Assembly (NCBI RefSeq): GCF_004010195.1 | Contig: NC_057717.1 | Location: forward strand, 104,817,904-104,881,903 | Source: Chiloscyllium plagiosum | Lineage: Eukaryota | Length of the DNA: 64,000 nucleotides | Reading direction: 5' to 3' | Shown: in pieces, positions 13,157 through 26,669 of the stretch | How positions within the stretch are numbered: position 1 is the stretch's first letter | How the letters are laid out: each line of letters begins with the position of its first letter | The notes under the pieces: generated by a model | The model's database searches: none | What the model saw: only the letters and a program-made list of their open reading frames with translations | What the model was told of the DNA's origin: nothing | Translations under genes and position numbers: made by a program

Positions 13157-14699
13157 CTGTCAAGAAAGGTTTAAAATAATTTGATTTATTGCACTCGTTA
13201 TTGCTGAAGCTTTGTAAAACTAGAACAAGTTTAATCATAGAGCAATATAAACTCCTGTTCACAAAAGGATCAATGTATTGATGAGAACAATAACTTTCAG
13301 TTAACAGGATTGAGATATTGGCTCAGGATCAGGAGTGGGCAGGAACTAAAATTGGCACTGTTGGCCTGCATTCTAACTCCCAGGTCTCGTCCCGTCCCAT
13401 CTCTGGGCATTTTTGTGAGGGTGATGGAAGAAGGTGGGAGAGTAGGTGGAAAGGGTAACTGGTTGGGGTAGGGCTACACACCCTAATTTGACAGGTAACC
13501 CATTAAGCTCAGTAAAAGCTACTTGAGGCCAATTAAAGGAGGCAGACATGTATTTTCCAACTGGATGATGTTCTTGCAGGCAGTGGAGCCTAGTTTATGC
13601 ACCTGAAAATAGTCTCCCAGTGGCATGCAGTAAGGAGTCAGTCCCCAAGAATAATTAGGAATGCTCCCCCCATAACTAGTTGCCTGGCTGCTAAAAACAT
13701 TGCTTACTTTAAGATCTGAAAAAGTTGGAGAGGGTGCCTTCATATTGAGGCACCCTCTCACTTATTTATGCCAAACTGCTGCTTCTTTCAAGCTGGAAGA
13801 CCTCTGATTAGCCCCCTGGTTTTAAGAGCTAATTCAGCGTAATTAATTGGATGGCAGATCTGTCTCCATGTCAATTAAGGGAGCACCCATGTGAAAATCA
13901 TGAGTGACTGTTCCAGTCTAGGAGATGGGTTTGGCATCTGCAAACATTCCTGACCTCTGTTTCCTGCTCACTGGCAAGAGCAAATTTTAGAGCAATATTC
14001 TAGCTGAGTGCTAAGAAAGCAAGAGAAAAAGATAGCACTCAATACGAGATTTGGTAAGCAAACAACAGGGAGACTAAAAGATGAGAAACAATGGGGTTAC
14101 TGAAATGGCAGCTTTGGTAATAGAAGTTTGGTGCTAGGTACTTTAATGATAACCTACTGCTGTTTTTCTAATTGATGGGTGACTGTGGTACTAAGTTGAA
14201 TTGTTAAGGTTGCATTCAGAACATGAGATTTCCATTCCTAGGTAACTACTACAGAAAGGTATTCCCCACAATGCTTACCCCACTTTACTTCGTCACTGTT
14301 CTGTAATGCCTTCTAAGAATGTTTTCATTTTGATTTTTTCCAAAATTAAGAGTCACTAGTGCTTTCCTGCCAAAATCAGGCAAGCCATTGATACAAAAGG
14401 GAACCATAACAGAAAATGAAGACCACTGCTGTTACCATCTTCCCTTCCTTTCTCTGTTCAGAATTCTGAAGGGACGTTTCCTGCCTAGATATCCTGGTTA
14501 ATTCTTGGTAATCCCAACTTGCGATCCTCTTCCAACTACGTGTTTCAAAGCAAAACACAGGAAATGTCACATGTCCTTTTAAATCCTCTCTTCTCACCAT
14601 CTAAAGTCCCAAACACTCCTCGGATTTACAAGTACTTCTTTCAATCTGTTCCACTGCTCACAATATAGTCTCCTTTATGTTATGTTTGTGTGCATATTG

Positions 14700-16090
14700 C
14701 AAGTTGGATGACTGGCTTGAAGGTAACAGACAGAGGGTGGTGGTGGTAGAGGGTTGCTTTTCAGATTGGAGACCAATGACCAGTGGTGTGCCACAAGGAT
14801 CGATGCTGGGTCCACTGCTTTACATCACTTATATAAATTATTTAAATGTAAACACTGGAGGTATGGTTAGTAAGTTTGCAGATGACACTGAAATTGGTGG
14901 TGTAGTGGACAGCGAAGAAGGTTACCTCAGAGTACAACGGGACCTTGATCAGGTGCGCCAATGGGCCGAGGAGTGGGAAATGGAATTTAACTTAGATAAT
15001 TGTGGGTGCTGCATTTTGGAAAGATAAATCAGGGCAGGACTTATACACTTAATGATTAGATCCCCTACAGTGTGGAAACAGGCCCTTCGGCCCAACAAGT
15101 CCACACCGACCCTCCGAAGAGCAACCCACCCAGACCCACTCTATATTTACTCCTGACTAATGTACCTAACACTATGGGCAATTTAGCATTGCCAATTCAC
15201 CTAACCTGCACATCTTTGGACTGTAGGAGGAAACTGGAGCACCTGGAGAAAACCCACGTGAACATAGGGAGAACGTGCAAACTCCACACAGACAGTTGCC
15301 CGAGGCAGGAATTGAACCCAGGTCCCTGGCGCTGTGAGGCAGCAGTGCTAACCACTGAGCGACTATGCCACCCCCAATGAAAAGGTCCTGGAAATGTTGC
15401 TGAACAAGGAGATCTTAGAGTGCCGGTTCATAGTTCCTTGAAAGTGGAGTCACAAGAAGACAGGATAGTGAAAATGGCATTTGCAATGCTTGTCTTTATT
15501 GATCAGTGCATTGAGTACAGAAGTTGGGAGGTCATGTTGCAGCTATACAGGACACTGGATAGGCCGCTTTTGAAATACTGCATTCAATTCTGGTCTCCCT
15601 GTTATAGGAAGGAGCTTGTGAAACTTGAAAGGATTCAGGAAAGATTTACAAGGATGTTGCCAGGGTTGAACAGTTTGAGCTATAGGGAGAGGCTGAATAA
15701 TCTGAGGCTATTTTCCCTGGAGTATGGAAGGCTGAGGAGTAACCTTATAGAGATTTATAAGGTTAGAGTGAATAGCCAAGGTCTTTTCCCCAGGGTGGAA
15801 GAGTCCAAAATACAGGACATAGGTTTAAGCTGAAAGGGGGAAGATTTAAAAGGGACCGAAGGGGCACCTTTTTCACACAGAAGGTGATGAGTGTATGGAA
15901 TGCCAGAGGAAGTGGTGAGGCTGGGACAATAACAACATTTAAGAAATATTTGGCTGGGTATATGAGTAAGGAAGGGTTTAGAGGGATATGGGTCAAATGC
16001 TGGCAAATGGGACCAGATTAGTTTAGGATATTTGGTCAGCATGGATGAGTTGGACCTAAGGGTCTGTTTCCATGCTGTATATTCTATGAC
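14700..16090 (+). mobile_element. CR1-type LINE 3' part, interrupted by a SINE
   Basis: SGVPQGSMLGPLL and KFADDT in ORF 14677..15027; C-terminus in ORF 15420..15833. Confidence 0.9.
15056..15376 (-). mobile_element. HE1-type SINE nested in CR1
   Basis: Reverse complement of the SINE at 5117-5436; aatga on both flanks (possible short TSD). Confidence 0.85.
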
Positions 16091-17014
16091 TGCAATTCTA
16101 TTGACAACTTTGCAGGATATCTCAATCCAGTCTGTAATCCTGCCCGAGTGTCAAATAGCCTGTAATTTTAATTCTCCACCCTCCCTCCATACTGACATTT
16201 CTGTTCTCAGCTTATTCTGCTGCTCCAGCGAAACTCAATGCAAGTTTGAGGAATAGTACTTTATCCTTCGATGAGACTTCAGAGCATTTCTCTCTTTCTC
16301 TCTCCACATATACTGTCATAATCTGCAGAATATTTTCAGCTTGTTCTGCTGGTACTGCATATTGAACTGCATTTTCCTCAAACTGTCCTTGCTGTGGCTC
16401 CTCTCCCACCTTTCACATACCAAAGCTCACAACTTGGGATTTGCACAGTTCCCAACTTATTTCCTTTCCACCCATCCCTGTTTCGACTGTTCCCCTGGAT
16501 CACTAGATTGGCAGAACAAACTCTTTAATTATGTCCTCTTGCTTTGACTCACCTGCAAACAATTGGTACTCTTCTGCTGCTTCAGTGTCAGTTTAAGAAA
16601 ATAATAGATACCTACTGGGCCTATAGGTATTTTTAGACAGACAAGCTGGGATATCTAAATGCTTTATCCCTACATTCTTTTACTTAGTTTTCTTTGTCTC
16701 TGTTATCAACTTACTTAAGAGTCACTCCTAGAACTATAGTGGCCTGATGTTCAACTCCACTTTTCCAGTAAGCTGATAGGGATGCCTCCTGCAGCCTGCA
16801 GCTTGCTGACTATTATTACAAAACCCTAGGCCCAACATGATATGGTCTTTGGGCCTATCTAAATAGAAGAAAAGCCTGAAGCATGACTCTCCAGCATAGT
16901 TTCTAAGTAATATTTACAATTAAGAGTGAAATGAAAGGGCTCTGATATACAACTGGAAATATTGCTGAGATCTCTGTCAGTCCAAATTCTGAAACATATT
17001 TGGAAGTGACTCAC

Positions 17015-17153
17015 GGATTTGTAGTGCTGAAGATAAACATGGAGCTGAAGGGTGGCATTGGTTTCGGTCCATCTTCATCACCACCCTTCTCTTCCTCTTC
17101 TTTCTTTTCTTCTTCCTTTTTCGGCAAAACATCAGTGTTCGCATTTTTGTTTA
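17015..17153 (-). CDS. CACNA1A: CACNA1A exon 21-equivalent (139 nt): [47 protein letters not shown]
   Basis: tttcag acceptor and gtgagt donor; manual translation. Confidence 0.95.
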
Positions 17154-19249
17154 CTGAAAGAAGGAGATCCATTACTTGATTTTCATTTTTATGTGCTTAA
17201 TGTATGTCTGTACATTAAAATGATATTTTTTGAAACATTGAAAATTTTGAAAAGGTTTTTGTAAGACAGTCAAGTAACCAATTTAGAGTACATTTTCTTC
17301 CCTCCCCAGAAGTTACTGTCTACTTCTTTAATGTCTTACTTATGAACAAAACACCACAAATAAGTAACTGAAAACAAATAGACAGAAACCATTGCCTTTC
17401 AGAATGTCCACAGCACTGTAACTCTGCAATCTCACCTCAAAGGGTTAACTGTTAGGAACATAAGATGAGTGGGTCATTCCATCCTTTCCACATCAAATTT
17501 TCCTTTGCCCGTTCTCAATCCATATTCCATAATCCCTTATAACCTATCTTCCAATCTCAATCTTGAAAATTTGAATCAGTTGATTAGCTCCTTCGGGGAG
17601 ATTTTTCCTACCGGACATGTAAAAATGGACTTTGGTCGTCACTTTCTAATAGCTGAGCTCAAATTTTAAAATTGTTACCCCTTGTTTAAGATTCTTCAGT
17701 GACGGAAATAGCTTCTTTGTCTAATCAGTTTATCATTAAAATCCCCAATTAGGACACCCTTAGCCTTTTAAACAGAGGAACTTAAGTGTGAACCTAGATA
17801 GGAAGATTTGGCAGGCTATTTCACAACATGAGAGGGAATCAGGTGACAGTCATACCCAATTCATCAACACTTGTCAGCAATAAGCTTGGCTGATTCTTTT
17901 TACCGTGTTAGTGCCCTTACCAACAATCTTGTAAATGACATTACAATCTTGTAAATTAGCATAGGCAAGAAGAAACCCAAACTGAGGATTTTATTTGTTA
18001 GTATGACAAAGTCTCAGCCTGGGCAGAAATGTTACTAATTAATCAACTGAACCAAAAAGATGATACTGGTATCTCTATAACAATGGGTAATTGTTAATGT
18101 ATTTAATTGAAAATGAATGTCACCAAGCAATATGTAATACTCAAGCTTAATTCTTACATTAACTGAAAATGGATAGTTTCTAACTTATAAGCACTTGCTT
18201 GGTGATACAGAACTAAAACACTTCTAATTTAATATTGCTGGATAAATACACTTCGTCAAAGGTTTTTGTCTTGCACTCTCAGGATATGTATAAAATTATC
18301 AATACAAGTGAAAAGCAGCATGTATAAGAGAGTGCTGATTCGTTGGAAATTGCACTCTGATTAGTAGAGGTATTGCCATAGAAAATGCAGCAGCTAACAA
18401 TGATTGTCTGTTAACTGCCAGACTCAAAAATCTAAGTGACAGAGATTTGCTGGTTCATTTCTCAGGGCAATACCTTGACCAATGAGAGTCAATCTGTCTA
18501 ATTTCAAAGCCTGACAGTTCTCATAGTGAGTGCATGATGAAAAACTTTTGACAAAATGTCTTTTTACAGCAATTCTCAAGTTCAATTTCTAGTTTACGAA
18601 TAGGCAGAGCCAAAGATTAGAATTTCTATACAAAATGATGAAGTTAAAAATGTTTCTAATTCACAAATAATTCCTTCAATGTTCTGATTAGCAATATTCA
18701 GTCTCGATAGACCACCTGAAAAGTTTTTTTCATTAACTTTTAGCTCTACCTCTTCAACCATGTCCTATTTCATGCACTCTCATGTGACTTAAATGTGTCC
18801 TCAAATATCCGACAATCCTAAAGCAAAACTGGAGGCTACCACTTTTGTGAATCACAAGATCCTTCACATGATACAGGATACTTAAAACCAACTTCCATCT
18901 CACCTGTCTGCATTGGGTCTAGATCTAGAACCTTGAAGAGTAAGGCTTGTGTTGACTGCTGTAATATGCAGTTACAGGAAGGCTTTATCATTTCAAAACT
19001 GCCTTACTTTCTATACCAAAAATCACTACACCCTACTCCAAACTCTTATTTTTATTCCTTTTTTAATGGTAGTACATTAATAGAAACTACCTGGCGATAA
19101 TTTGGAGGACATCAAGATTCTAATTCTTAAAGAAAATCCATTTCCTTGTTGATAACAGTATTAATCTTTAGGTAACTCTTGGAAACAATAAGCATGCAAA
19201 ATGGCTCTGCTAGAAACACTAAAACAAATAATAAACTGTTCAAGAATAT

Positions 19250-19585
19250 CAGGATGGTGCAGTGGCTCAGTGGTTAGCACTGCTGTCTCACAGCCCCAGG
19301 GACCTGGGTTTGATTCCACCCTTAGGTGACTGTGTGGAGTTTGCATGTCTCCTTGTGTCTGCATGGATTTCCACCAGGTGCTTTGGTTTCCTCCCACAAT
19401 CCAAAGATGTGCAGGTTAAGTGGATTGGCCATGCTAAATTACCCATAGTTTTCAGAGATGTGTGGGTTAGTCATGGGAAATGCAGGGTTATTGGATAGGG
19501 GGATAGGTCTGGATGGGCCGCTCTTTTGAGGGTTGATGTAGATTTATTGGGCTGAAAAACCTATTTCCACACTGTATGGATTCCA
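19250..19585 (+). mobile_element. HE1-type SINE (diverged)
   Basis: tggctcagtggttagcactgctg head and ggccatgctaaatt body. Confidence 0.8.
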
Positions 19586-20771
19586 AGGACCTGGAATTAA
19601 GTGTCTAATGAGATAATTTTCTATTTAACAATAGCTTTTGATATTTTCAATTATTAAAAACCTGCTCGGGATATATATAACTGAGTTTGGATTCAATGAT
19701 GCACTGGACTGCATATCCAATTCTGGAGAAAGTAACTGAAAAGAATCAGTTTCCACAGTTGTGGGGGAAGCATGGTGCTAACAGGAGTCAGACCCACAGC
19801 ACCCAGAACGGATTCAGAGGCAGCAACAGGAAGCTGCAGGGTGCCAAGGTGGATGACTTGAAAGGCCCTCAGTACTTTGGGACTTCCTCCTGGTTTTAAC
19901 AAAAAATATTAATATTGGATATCTGGGCTTTCAACCAATAAACAGCTGAGCCTCAGGGAAAACACTGCCAAATCAACTCTGTGGTCTATTTCGTTAATTT
20001 TACAATACTTATTTACACAAGATAAAAGTGTTTTAATTAAAGGGTCTAGATGATTGACAGTTTAACTGGACTGCAGTAGAAACAACGTTTTATAAATGAA
20101 TGACCTTTTGAAAAACATTTTAAACTTTCACTATAGAGTCAATGATTCAACAGAGAGTGTTTAGAATGGGCATTGAAGTGTCAAGCTTGGCATGAACAGT
20201 GTGGGTGGGTAGGAGCATGGATAGGAGCTTTAAAACTTACCTTTCAAAAGGTTCCCTCATCCTGATTATGGTTTGTAACACCTAGGGTAAACCAAGAGTC
20301 CTTTAAAAGCTGGCTCATTTCTATGAAAATTGCAGCGATCTAAGAGATACTTATCCCTGTAACAGAGGCAGCCAGCTCTAGTTTATAAGGTGCAAGCTCA
20401 CAATCCAAACCAGCCCTTAAATAGAATTGGTGAAAATCGGGAATTCTGAGAATGGTGTCACAAATCCTGAAATTGGATTATGGAGTTTCTCCATGAAAAT
20501 ACAGCCAGAAAGCTGAAATAGTGTATATAAAATATTCATTCTCATGAATGAAAAAAAAATAGCATATTATTCAGATAATACAATTGTGGAAATGGTTGGA
20601 TCACATTTTTGAGCCAAATTTAACACCTTCATAAATATATTTATAAAGAACAATTCTTATTTTGTGACATGTGGTGCACCAACAAAACATCTCTCATAAC
20701 TGGTACCAATCTAACCAGAAAATGCTAAATACAGTACTTACATAAAATGATCTTGCAACCGACAGACTTAC

Positions 20772-21247
20772 CTTGCAAAGATGGATCTGCAAATGGGATA
20801 TTAATAGTTGTATGATCAGGCTTCTTAGCATTTTTTGCTGGATTGTTTGGATTGGTTGGATTAGTTGGATTGGTGAGAATAAGGCTGTTTTCCGGGTTTT
20901 TGGGATTCCCAGGATCGGTAGGATTTCCAGGTGTAGTAGTTGGGGCCTTACGATTGGTTGAGTTATGGGGATTAGATGGGTTGCCAGGATTATGAGGGTT
21001 AGTATGGTTTCCAATTTTTCCAGGATTATGAAGATTGACAGGATTGGAAAGGTTAGCTGGATTTGTGACATCCTTGGTATTATTGGTATTCCTGGGATTG
21101 GAGGGTTGGGTTGCCAACTTGCTGTTTCTGAGATTGTCTATATCTTCTGTCTGTTGTCCATTCTGCCTGCTCATGTCCTGTTGCACTGGCCGAGTGGTAG
21201 AAAGGGCTGGGCCACCTGGAGCAGGCAGAACACCTCCGTGGCTTTCT
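20772..21247 (-). CDS. CACNA1A: CACNA1A exon 20-equivalent (476 nt): ESHGGVLPAPGGPALSTTRPVQQD...NP-rich...DHTTINIPFADPSLQ
   Basis: ttctag acceptor and gtaagt donor; phase 2-1; inside ORF 20725..21417. Confidence 0.93.
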
Positions 21248-22556
21248 CTAGAATAACAAATTGAAATTACAGGTGAGAATAAGTAAAGCAAAATAATAAA
21301 CTGCAACAAAGAAAAAGTTCTACTAAACACAAAAGTCAGTTTCACATAGACAGAGTTTGCTAACAGTATTACAATACATGAATCAACAATGTACTTAAAG
21401 TACAAGAATGAATCCATGTGTATCTTGGACTATTCTTATTTCATAACCTTGAGATTGATTGGCTCAGTTGGCTGAATGGCTGGTTTACAATGCAGCATGA
21501 TGCTAATAATTCAAGTCCTGAGCCGGCTAAGGTTACCATGAAGGACTCTCCTTCTCAATCTCTCCCCTCACCTAGGGCGTGGTGACACTCACATTAAACC
21601 ACTACCTATTGTCTCTCTTTCTCTCATGAGCGAGCAATCCTATGGACTGATAAGGCTATGGTGGCTTTATTTCACAATCAATATAAGAAACAGACAATCT
21701 TATAATTTATTTCACATTTGATTTTTGGAGCTTACTGAGCACAATGTGGCTATGACATTGTCTATATGACAAGAATGGCTAGAGTTCAAGATTATTTCAT
21801 GACATAAAGTGTTTTGGGACATCCTGAAGTCACAGTGGACACTACAAGAATGCAAGTTTTTCTTTCTCCATTTACTCGGATCAAAATGAGCAAAATCATA
21901 GAACTGTTTCTGAGGAACGTATTTTGTTATTGTTGTAAACAGTACACAAAAGAAATCTTTCTTTGTAACCAAAGAGTGAACAATCATAAAATATAATTGA
22001 AAGGAGCACTGAAAGCAGGAGTTGCCCATTACTAAGAAACCAGAAATAACATGAATCATTAAAAAAAACTATTAACATCAATCACAGTCATTAACTATGT
22101 ATTAGTCAGAACTACGATTATCCCAAAGATGTACATGGGTAAATCTTGTGCCAGAGATATTTTCATGTCCAACTGCTTCCATCAGTAAATCGTAAAGCTT
22201 AGAGAATTCTATAGCTATGAAAAACTTTAGGCTTGGAGGAGATGTGGAGGTAGGATGATGAATATTTTACTACTGTGTAAATGAGGAGAATTTGAATAGT
22301 GTGCACTACTGACACCTAAGCCACAGTATAAATGTGCCGAGTTCAGTTCAGTTATGCTTTAAGTATCACAAACAATATTTAGGATTGATTATGACGTGAT
22401 TATCTGAAACTTTTCAGGAGGCTCAAGTTTGCTCTTTTGCTTCCTAATTTATGACTTATCATTAACAGCACAACTGGAAATATATTAGTATTATATGATG
22501 TCACGACATTATCTTTTGTAATGTACATCATAATAATCCAGCCTATATTAGGAATC

Positions 22557-22772
22557 TAGGAGAAGAAAGTGAGGACTGCAGAGGCTGGAGATCAGAGTCG
22601 AGAGTGTGGTGCTGGACAAGCACAGCAGGTCAGGTAGTATCTGAGGAGCAGGAGAATTGACATTTCGAGCATAAGCCCTCCATAAGGAATGGCTTTTGCC
22701 CGAAACGTCGATTTTCCTGCTCCTTGGATGTTGCCTGACCTGGTGTGCTTTTCCAGCACCACTCTCTCAATT
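22557..22772. mobile_element. Family A palindromic (head-to-head) PLE-derived insertion
   Basis: Inverted arms; flanking direct repeat ctatattagg(a/g)atc at 22543-22556 and 22773-22786. Confidence 0.8.
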
Positions 22773-22850
22773 CTATATTAGGGATCCAGAATATTTTACG
22801 TCAGCATATATTGTAAGATAAATTATTAAGTAATGATTGTTAGACTGAGG

Positions 22851-24032
22851 TACAGAGAAACCTCAAGTATCCGAACGAGATGGTGGGGCACTATTTCATT
22901 CAGATAATTGATTATTCAGTTAATGGATTATTCGGATAATTGATTATTCGGTTAATTGATTCAATGCAACTTCTCTGGGGCTTGGGTTTTCCTTTTTACT
23001 CACTCTGCCTGTCTTACTCCCTCTCTCTGTATTAGGGTTTGTTTCTGAACAGACACACTTGTGTGTAAGGGATCTGCAGCATTGCTAAAGATCCCCGCCC
23101 ACACCCCCTCATTAGTTCAATGGGGTTGAAACAGCGAGCACTTGCTAAGTCCGCTCCCCATTCAGGAGACTAGGCAGCAGCACACTGCGCGTGAGACCCT
23201 CCCCCTGTCCGCCCTCCCAATCCCGCACCTGCACGCACCCAACACCATCTGACCCTGCCCCATTCGCCTCCACAACACCATCTGTCCCTGCTCTTCCCCC
23301 CACCCCCTCACCGTCTGCCCCCAACCCCATCTGCTACCCCCAACACCGTCTGCCCCACCCCCATTGGTGCCCCTCTTGGGCAGCCGGTCCAGTAAGACTG
23401 CTGCAGCCTTTGGGGGGTGAGTCTCAAAATCTCTCTCACACACACACATTTTACTGCAACTTTTTGACAAGCTCTCACTCTGCCCTGTACAGGACAATGT
23501 GGGAGAGATAATCTGAGGAAGGGGTGTTTAGGGTACACTCAGTGTAGAACTCCAGGGAAAGTGTAGAGAGAGAGAGAACGAACAGGCGGTCAGTCATTTG
23601 GAGACAGTGCCTGGGCTCCCATCAATGTCCAGGACTGTTCTCGGCAGCATTTCAGTAAGCTGGGTTCATTTTTAATCACTGAAAAATGTGTTGCTGGAAA
23701 AGTGCAGCAGGTCAGGCAGCATCCAAGGAGCAGGAGAATCGACGTTTCGGGCATAAGCTTATATTGAAGAAGGGCTTATGCCCGAGACGTCGATTCTCAT
23801 GCTCCTTGGATGCTGCCTGACCTGCTGCACTTTTCCAGCAACACATTTTTCAGCTCTGATCCCCAGCATCTGCAGTCCTCACTTTCTCCTCATTTTTAAT
23901 CACTGTAAACATTAGACATGAACAGTGTTGAAACAACTCTTTGATGTAATGTTTCGATCAGAACCTTGAGACCTTCTTTGAATAATCTGAAATGCGGATA
24001 ATTGATATTCGAATAATCAAAGTTCCTCAGTT
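22851..24032. mobile_element. Putative non-autonomous DNA transposon (Tc1/mariner-pogo-like)
   Basis: Imperfect terminal inverted repeats starting TACAG (about 17/25 match by eye); the subterminal motif ttcggataattgatta is repeated at 22898-22960 and near 23995. Confidence 0.5.
23682..23890. mobile_element. Family A palindromic PLE-derived insertion, nested in the putative DNA transposon
   Basis: About 80-bp inverted arms; perfect TSD catttttaatcactg at 23667-23681 and 23891-23905. Confidence 0.85.
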
Positions 24033-24157
24033 TATAACATACAATGTTATACAATATAAGGGTAGTTGACAATAAATTTTGCAATGCCTACCATGAACAT
24101 CCCTACACTGAACAATATTGTAAATGTTTTGTTAAGTCACTTTAAAACAATACATAC

Positions 24158-25048
24158 TTCTTCCGTTTGTGTCTCCTTTCTTTTGCTGTTGGATCCTTAT
24201 CATCTCTTTCTTTTTTAGCGTCATTATCATAAGTGGATTGAGCATGACGGCTTCTGCGGCGTTTTTCTGGCCCATCCAGATTTTCACTTTCTGCACCTCC
24301 TTTCCCTTCCTTGTTGCCCCGGGAACCCTCTTTGTGCTTTGACCGCCTCTCACTTCTTTCACTTTTGATACCCTCCTCTACTCCACTGACATCGTGACTT
24401 TCTGCATTACGCCGGTGTGGTCTGTGTCTGCGCTCCCTGTCTCCCTCAGTCCTTGGTGAGGCACTTCTCCCTTCTTTGCTTACTCCTGGTCTGTGTTGGT
24501 GACGCCGGTGAGGTTCATTGGTTCTACTTCTTTCACTATCACCATCCCGTGTGTTCCTTTCATTGTTTCCCTCCCGGTCCCTTCCACGGTATTCCACATC
24601 TTTAGGAACACCATCTCGATTTGTTTCTCCTTCTTTGCTGTTACTGCGATACCTCCTGGGCCTGTCTCCCTGCTCCACACCCCCCATTTCCCTTTCAGAT
24701 GTCCTGTCTTTGTTTGGATCATTGGCTCGATCATGGTAACGGGTCTGCTTTCTCAGAAACTCCTCAGCCCTTTGTTGACTGCTTCGGTGATCAGCTGAGG
24801 GTTCTGAAGGCCTTGTTTTGTTAGTGTTGTTGTTCCTGTTTTCCTGAGGGTCAACAACCAAAGGCCGATCCAAGTGCGTTTTCATGTCACGTCGGATATT
24901 CATGGAATAAGCCATTTTCCACCTCTCATCAGGGTCTAATTCATTGTAAATGGCCTCCCGACTGGTCATCAGATTTTGCTTTCTCATCTCACTCATTCGT
25001 TGCTCCCACACTGTCTTTCCATGTTTCTGGTTCTTCTGTTGTTCTTTC
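24158..25048 (-). CDS. CACNA1A: CACNA1A exon 19-equivalent (891 nt), synprint / II-III loop: [17 protein letters not shown]...KERRHKRK
   Basis: ttcacag acceptor and gtatgt donor; phase 2-2; inside ORF 24142..25098. Confidence 0.95.
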
Positions 25049-26669
25049 CTGTGAAGATAATAGAAGTTATCACATTGACCAGCCAGTGTAATATCCACAA
25101 TCAGTTAGCTCATAACACCAACAATCTGTATGTTTTTAAGCGAATTTTAAGCCCCTTTCTTTCTCAAATGATTGACTTCACCTACCTGTTTTCTATTTAT
25201 ATTTCAAAGCTTACTCCTACCAAAGGGTTCTCTAATTATCCCTGCATCATTCTGTTCTGTCCACTTAAATGGATTTTCCTCATAACTCATTACACTTTGA
25301 GTGAAAACTTAATTTTAACTCATTCTCATTTTGCTCAAATTCTATCTGTGGCTCCTATACTGAGCAATTTCCTTTTATTATTTAACTTCACATTCTTGAA
25401 AGCTTTTACTGGGTCACTTCAATATTTAATGAGAAACAAAGTTAACCCTGTTATCTTTCTTTACAAATGACTTTTCTTAAAAACGGGATCATCTGTATAA
25501 TCATTATAAAATTTTGGCAATAGAGTTTGTTTCTTTATAAAGCATTCCATTGGATAAGCCTAGTTAGAGAAGAGATACTAAGACTTAGCATCTTTGAAAA
25601 TGAAGAAGTTGTCAGGTTCAGATTAAAAGCATCACAGAGAGCACATTTCTCTCCTTGAAGGACATGTCAACTCACTGCCTTAAAACATTTTCTTCCCTTT
25701 TATCTTGGATCTCTGTCAACTCCCTTTATTGAATCATGTGCCATAACTAGATTGAACATGATAGCTACTACTTTCCTACTCCACCATGTGGATCCCTGTT
25801 TTATCTGTCTCCTCTTTCTTTTTGATCTAACATTAACCTTCTTCAGCATCAATGTTTGAATTGTGATTTTTTTTCTCAGATTTGTGTTAACTAGAACTGA
25901 ATTGAGCAACGTATACCTCTGTCCAATAGGAAATTGATCAAATATCAATTTTTATTAATCAGTTCTGGGAGGTTATACTTACCAAGAAATGTTTGGGACT
26001 CTTTTCTCTGGTAATGTTAGTGGTAGAGGCATGATCTGATAAAAGTATTTTTTAATAATGACACAGTTTGATGGAATTCACATAGGAGATACTTCCGCTG
26101 ATAGGATTAGAATGAAGGTCCATAGAATAAAATTTTGCTAATAAATGCAATAAGGAATTCCAAAGTAGCTATTTTATTCAGAAGGTAAAAATTCACTGTC
26201 ACAATATTAATTATTTAAATGAACTTAAGGAGAAGCTAAAGAAACATGAGTGAGAATCAAAGCTATTGATGTGGTTAGTTGAATGGATGGGAGAAAATGG
26301 TATGGACTGTAATGACCAAGTGTAAATGTCAGTGTGGGCTGAATGGTCTACTCCTTTGCATTTATAAATTACGTAAAACGAACAGATTAACAATTTTCTA
26401 GATTAATTTTCACATAGAAATATACAGCCACCAGAGAGAATAAGCTTTTTTCTTCATATTGGTTTCCCTGGAATTGAACCCAAGTTCCAGAAGTATAAGA
26501 AATTTTTTCTAGTTAACTGCACATCTGAGGTGGGATTGGGGGTTAGAAGACCTGGAATTGCATAAGTGGCCTGTACTAATGGCAACACCAAATATAAAGC
26601 CTTCCTACCTTCAGGGGAAATTTATCAATACCTTTCAAAATTGTTATGTTAGGAAATGTCACATCTCAG

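Noticed and set aside
24417..25470. Plus-strand and alternative-frame ORFs over exon 19
   Set aside because: Shadows of the real minus-strand exon, or AT-rich chance ORFs with no recognisable product.
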